Positions 61,592 through 64,000 of a stretch of 64,000 bases of DNA are shown in pieces. The notes beneath the pieces are model-generated. The model did not search any database. It was not told where the DNA came from and saw only the letters and a program-made list of their open reading frames with translations. How positions within the stretch are numbered: the stretch's first letter is position 1; the number at the start of each line of letters is the position of its first letter. The stretch is from Oscillospiraceae bacterium (GTDB lineage: Bacteria; Bacillota; Clostridia; Oscillospirales; Ruminococcaceae), in contig JAGAKZ010000002.1 in NCBI GenBank assembly GCA_017848115.1, positions 50,128 to 114,127 of the forward strand, written 5' to 3'. The translations under genes and the position numbers were made by a program.

Positions 61592-64000
61592 TTAATTTTC
61601 CGGAAACATTATATATTTATCTGAAAAATCTTCGTATTTATGACATGTAAAGAACAATACCTGATTAAGTCGACTGTACTCAGAAACAAATTCAAAACCT
61701 TTTTTAGCTCTCTGAGGATCATATTGAATAAACACGTCGTCAAGAAAAAGCGGTATCTGATTTTTGGTAATCATATCGGCTATTGCAAGACGCAATGAAA
61801 AATATGCTTGTTCTGCCGTACCTGTGCTGAGGTATTGCCATGTGTGTATGTCACTGCTGTACTCTTCGGTTGTATTTATATCAAGATTTTTTGATACCAG
61901 TATTTCGGAATATTTTCCGTTTGTAAGATGAGAAAATATCTTCTGTGTACGACTGTTGAGTTTTGGACCAAAAGTCTGTCGTATTTCATTTCCTGCTTCA
62001 TCAAGCGCTTCCATCGCGACTTTTACGCTTTCATCATAAAAATCCATAGCGTTAATATCTGCTTTTATGTTGTCAATCATATTATGTATAACAGCGGGAG
62101 TTTCTGACATACGATACTGTGAATTGATTTTTGAACGAAGAGAAGATATTTCTTCATTTACCTTATCTATATCTTTTCTTGTTTCTTCAAGATTTTGTTC
62201 AAGTGTTTCGAGTTGCTCATCAGTAAGAAGTTTAGGGCCTGATTTTCCGGTAAGAGCGTTTAGTTTATTTTTTAAAGTGATCATTTTTGATGCTATAGTC
62301 TGAGGAGAGTCACTTATAATGTCTTCGTCTGATTTTGAAACAAGCACAGCTTTTGTTTTTTCTATTTCAGACAGTACCGACTGAGCGTGACTTATTGCAT
62401 CTTCAACTTCAGCAATATTTGAAACCGATTTGTAGTTTGCAAAGTAGGTCATCAGGTTTATATTTAGTGTTGTTATTTCGCTGTTCATAGATGACAGACT
62501 CATATTGAGTTTGTTTTGTTCAGAAATTTTTTGCTCATTTTGTGCGGTGAGCTTGTTGTTATATATTTCAAGTTCCTGCTTTTTCTGAGTAGTATCTGCA
62601 TATTCGTCACCAAGAAGTAAAATATTTTGCTTTGTGAGTTTTATTTTTTCATTACATTCATTTTTACTCGTTTCAAAGTCGGCATATATTTTTTCATAAT
62701 CAGGTGGTTGTTTTGCCAGTTCGGGATTTTTTTCTTCATTGCTTTGGCGGATTTTTTCAAGCATTTTTGCTAATACAAATATCATTGCGCTTACAGGAAG
62801 TATATTTATCAAAACCCACGGATTTCGCAGAAGGAGTGCCAGAGCAGCTATAAATACAACAGCTACAGGAATACCATAATTAATGAGTGCGCTGTTATTA
62901 TGGGATTCCATATCAGCAAGATACTCTTTGTATTTTTCTTCCTTGATCTTTGTTTCTTCAAGATCAACCTGAAGTTGTTCAAGAAAAGCAGTCAGTTCTT
63001 CCAGTTCTTTTTCATAGTTTGATATATTTTCTTTGATTTCCTTCTTTTTATCCGAAAGGCTGTCAAGATCTACGTAATTCTCCTGTATCTTTTCCGCAAG
63101 ACGCATTTCGGAGATTTCATTTGCAAGAGTGTTAAATTCTGCTTTTTTTTCAGAATACATATTTCTGAGCATTTCAAGTCTTGAAAGCATATTGCTGCAT
63201 TCGTCAATAAATTCATCAGTAACCTTAAAACGTCCGCAGGTTATACTGTTCTCAAGTTCTTCAAGTTTTTGACGAAGTTCTTCTTTGACGGCATTTTTTT
63301 TATTTTGTGTTTCAAGTGAGTGAAGTTCACGTATTATACGTTGCTGACGTATAGCGTCTGAAATTTTGTTGTGATATTCCTGCTTTTTCTGAAGATGTTC
63401 ACAAAATGAGGCGCACAACTCTTCGTCACTTAATTTTTGCTGTTCTATAGTTTCAGCTTCGGAAAGCTGTTCTGTTTTGTCGGAGAGCAGCTGTATCATC
63501 TTATCAAGTCCACCGGATTTTCCACTTTTTGAACGAAGTTCTTCATGTGCTTTTTTTAATCTTTTTTTGACTATTTCATATGATACCGATTCATCACATG
63601 ATGTAGCGAAGTTCATAAGTCTTTTTGAAATTTCATCTTCTTTTTCCGATGCGGTAATAACAGATGACATACCTCCGATAAATACACTTTTTTCGAACGC
63701 TGATGAACCAAGTCCGAAAAACTGTTCGCCGATATCGTACTTGCAGCTTACAGGTTCGTTTATACCGGTGTCAAGATTCCATAGTGATATATTGTCGCTG
63801 AGATTTGAACTTCCAAATTTTCGTTCAAGTCTGTAAGAGGTGTTCTGAAATTCAAATTCGATAAACCCTGCCATTTCGCTACCGTCCCACGGAGCGTATT
63901 TTTTTCGGATATTTTTACTTATATCTGAGGATTTTGAGTTTGAGCCATAAAACATCATTTTAATAAAATTCATAACAGTTGTTTTACCCGCTTCATTATT
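61592..64000 (-). CDS. YhaN/SbcC-like coiled-coil ABC-ATPase (5' end beyond the window)
   Basis: Frame open to base 64000 with NEAGKTT Walker A; long coiled coil; LSTGT signature; PLFLDD; FTCH. Confidence 0.85.
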   Translation of the reverse strand, partial: NNEAGKTTVMNFIKMMFYGSNSKSSDISKNIRKKYAPWDGSEMAGFIEFEFQNTSYRLERKFGSSNLSDNISLWNLDTGINEPVSCKYDIGEQFFGLGSSAFEKSVFIGGMSSVITASEKEDEISKRLMNFATSCDESVSYEIVKKRLKKAHEELRSKSGKSGGLDKMIQLLSDKTEQLSEAETIEQQKLSDEELCASFCEHLQKKQEYHNKISDAIRQQRIIRELHSLETQNKKNAVKEELRQKLEELENSITCGRFKVTDEFIDECSNMLSRLEMLRNMYSEKKAEFNTLANEISEMRLAEKIQENYVDLDSLSDKKKEIKENISNYEKELEELTAFLEQLQVDLEETKIKEEKYKEYLADMESHNNSALINYGIPVAVVFIAALALLLRNPWVLINILPVSAMIFVLAKMLEKIRQSNEEKNPELAKQPPDYEKIYADFETSKNECNEKIKLTKQNILLLGDEYADTTQKKQELEIYNNKLTAQNEQKISEQNKLNMSLSSMNSEITTLNINLMTYFANYKSVSNIAEVEDAISHAQSVLSEIEKTKAVLVSKSDEDIISDSPQTIASKMITLKNKLNALTGKSGPKLLTDEQLETLEQNLEETRKDIDKVNEEISSLRSKINSQYRMSETPAVIHNMIDNIKADINAMDFYDESVKVAMEALDEAGNEIRQTFGPKLNSRTQKIFSHLTNGKYSEILVSKNLDINTTEEYSSDIHTWQYLSTGTAEQAYFSLRLAIADMITKNQIPLFLDDVFIQYDPQRAKKGFEFVSEYSRLNQVLFFTCHKYEDFSDKYIMFPEN

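Overview
Low-GC Bacillota chromosomal window. The taxon is inferred to be a cellulosome-type Ruminococcus/Oscillospiraceae, because seven secreted proteins carry dockerin-like modules. Housekeeping content: a complete F1Fo ATP synthase operon whose c-subunit has a Na+-type two-carboxylate signature, metY, pflB, the phoH-ybeY-era-yqzL-recO-mutS2-rnz operon, pfkA, mntP and queH. Other content: three tandem class A PBPs plus vanZ, an OmpR-family two-component system, two c-di-GMP enzymes and several CAZymes (GH3 tail, GH25, GH5, GH130, GH43, heparinase II/III-like, two beta-helix proteins). No tRNA, rRNA, CRISPR array, prophage or transposase was seen. The strongest unannotated signal is a ~185-nt structured, C-rich candidate sRNA just downstream of the histidine kinase (minus strand, ~36610-36424). 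Its promoter carries the same 11-bp-period TTCACA repeats as the response-regulator promoter, and its C-rich linker is complementary to the translation-initiation region of the nearby third PBP gene. Also notable are a missed 53-aa Cys/Gly-rich peptide with an ECF-type promoter and a ~1630-aa dockerin protein with two beta-helix-like modules. All calls are by eye from motifs; no database searches were run.
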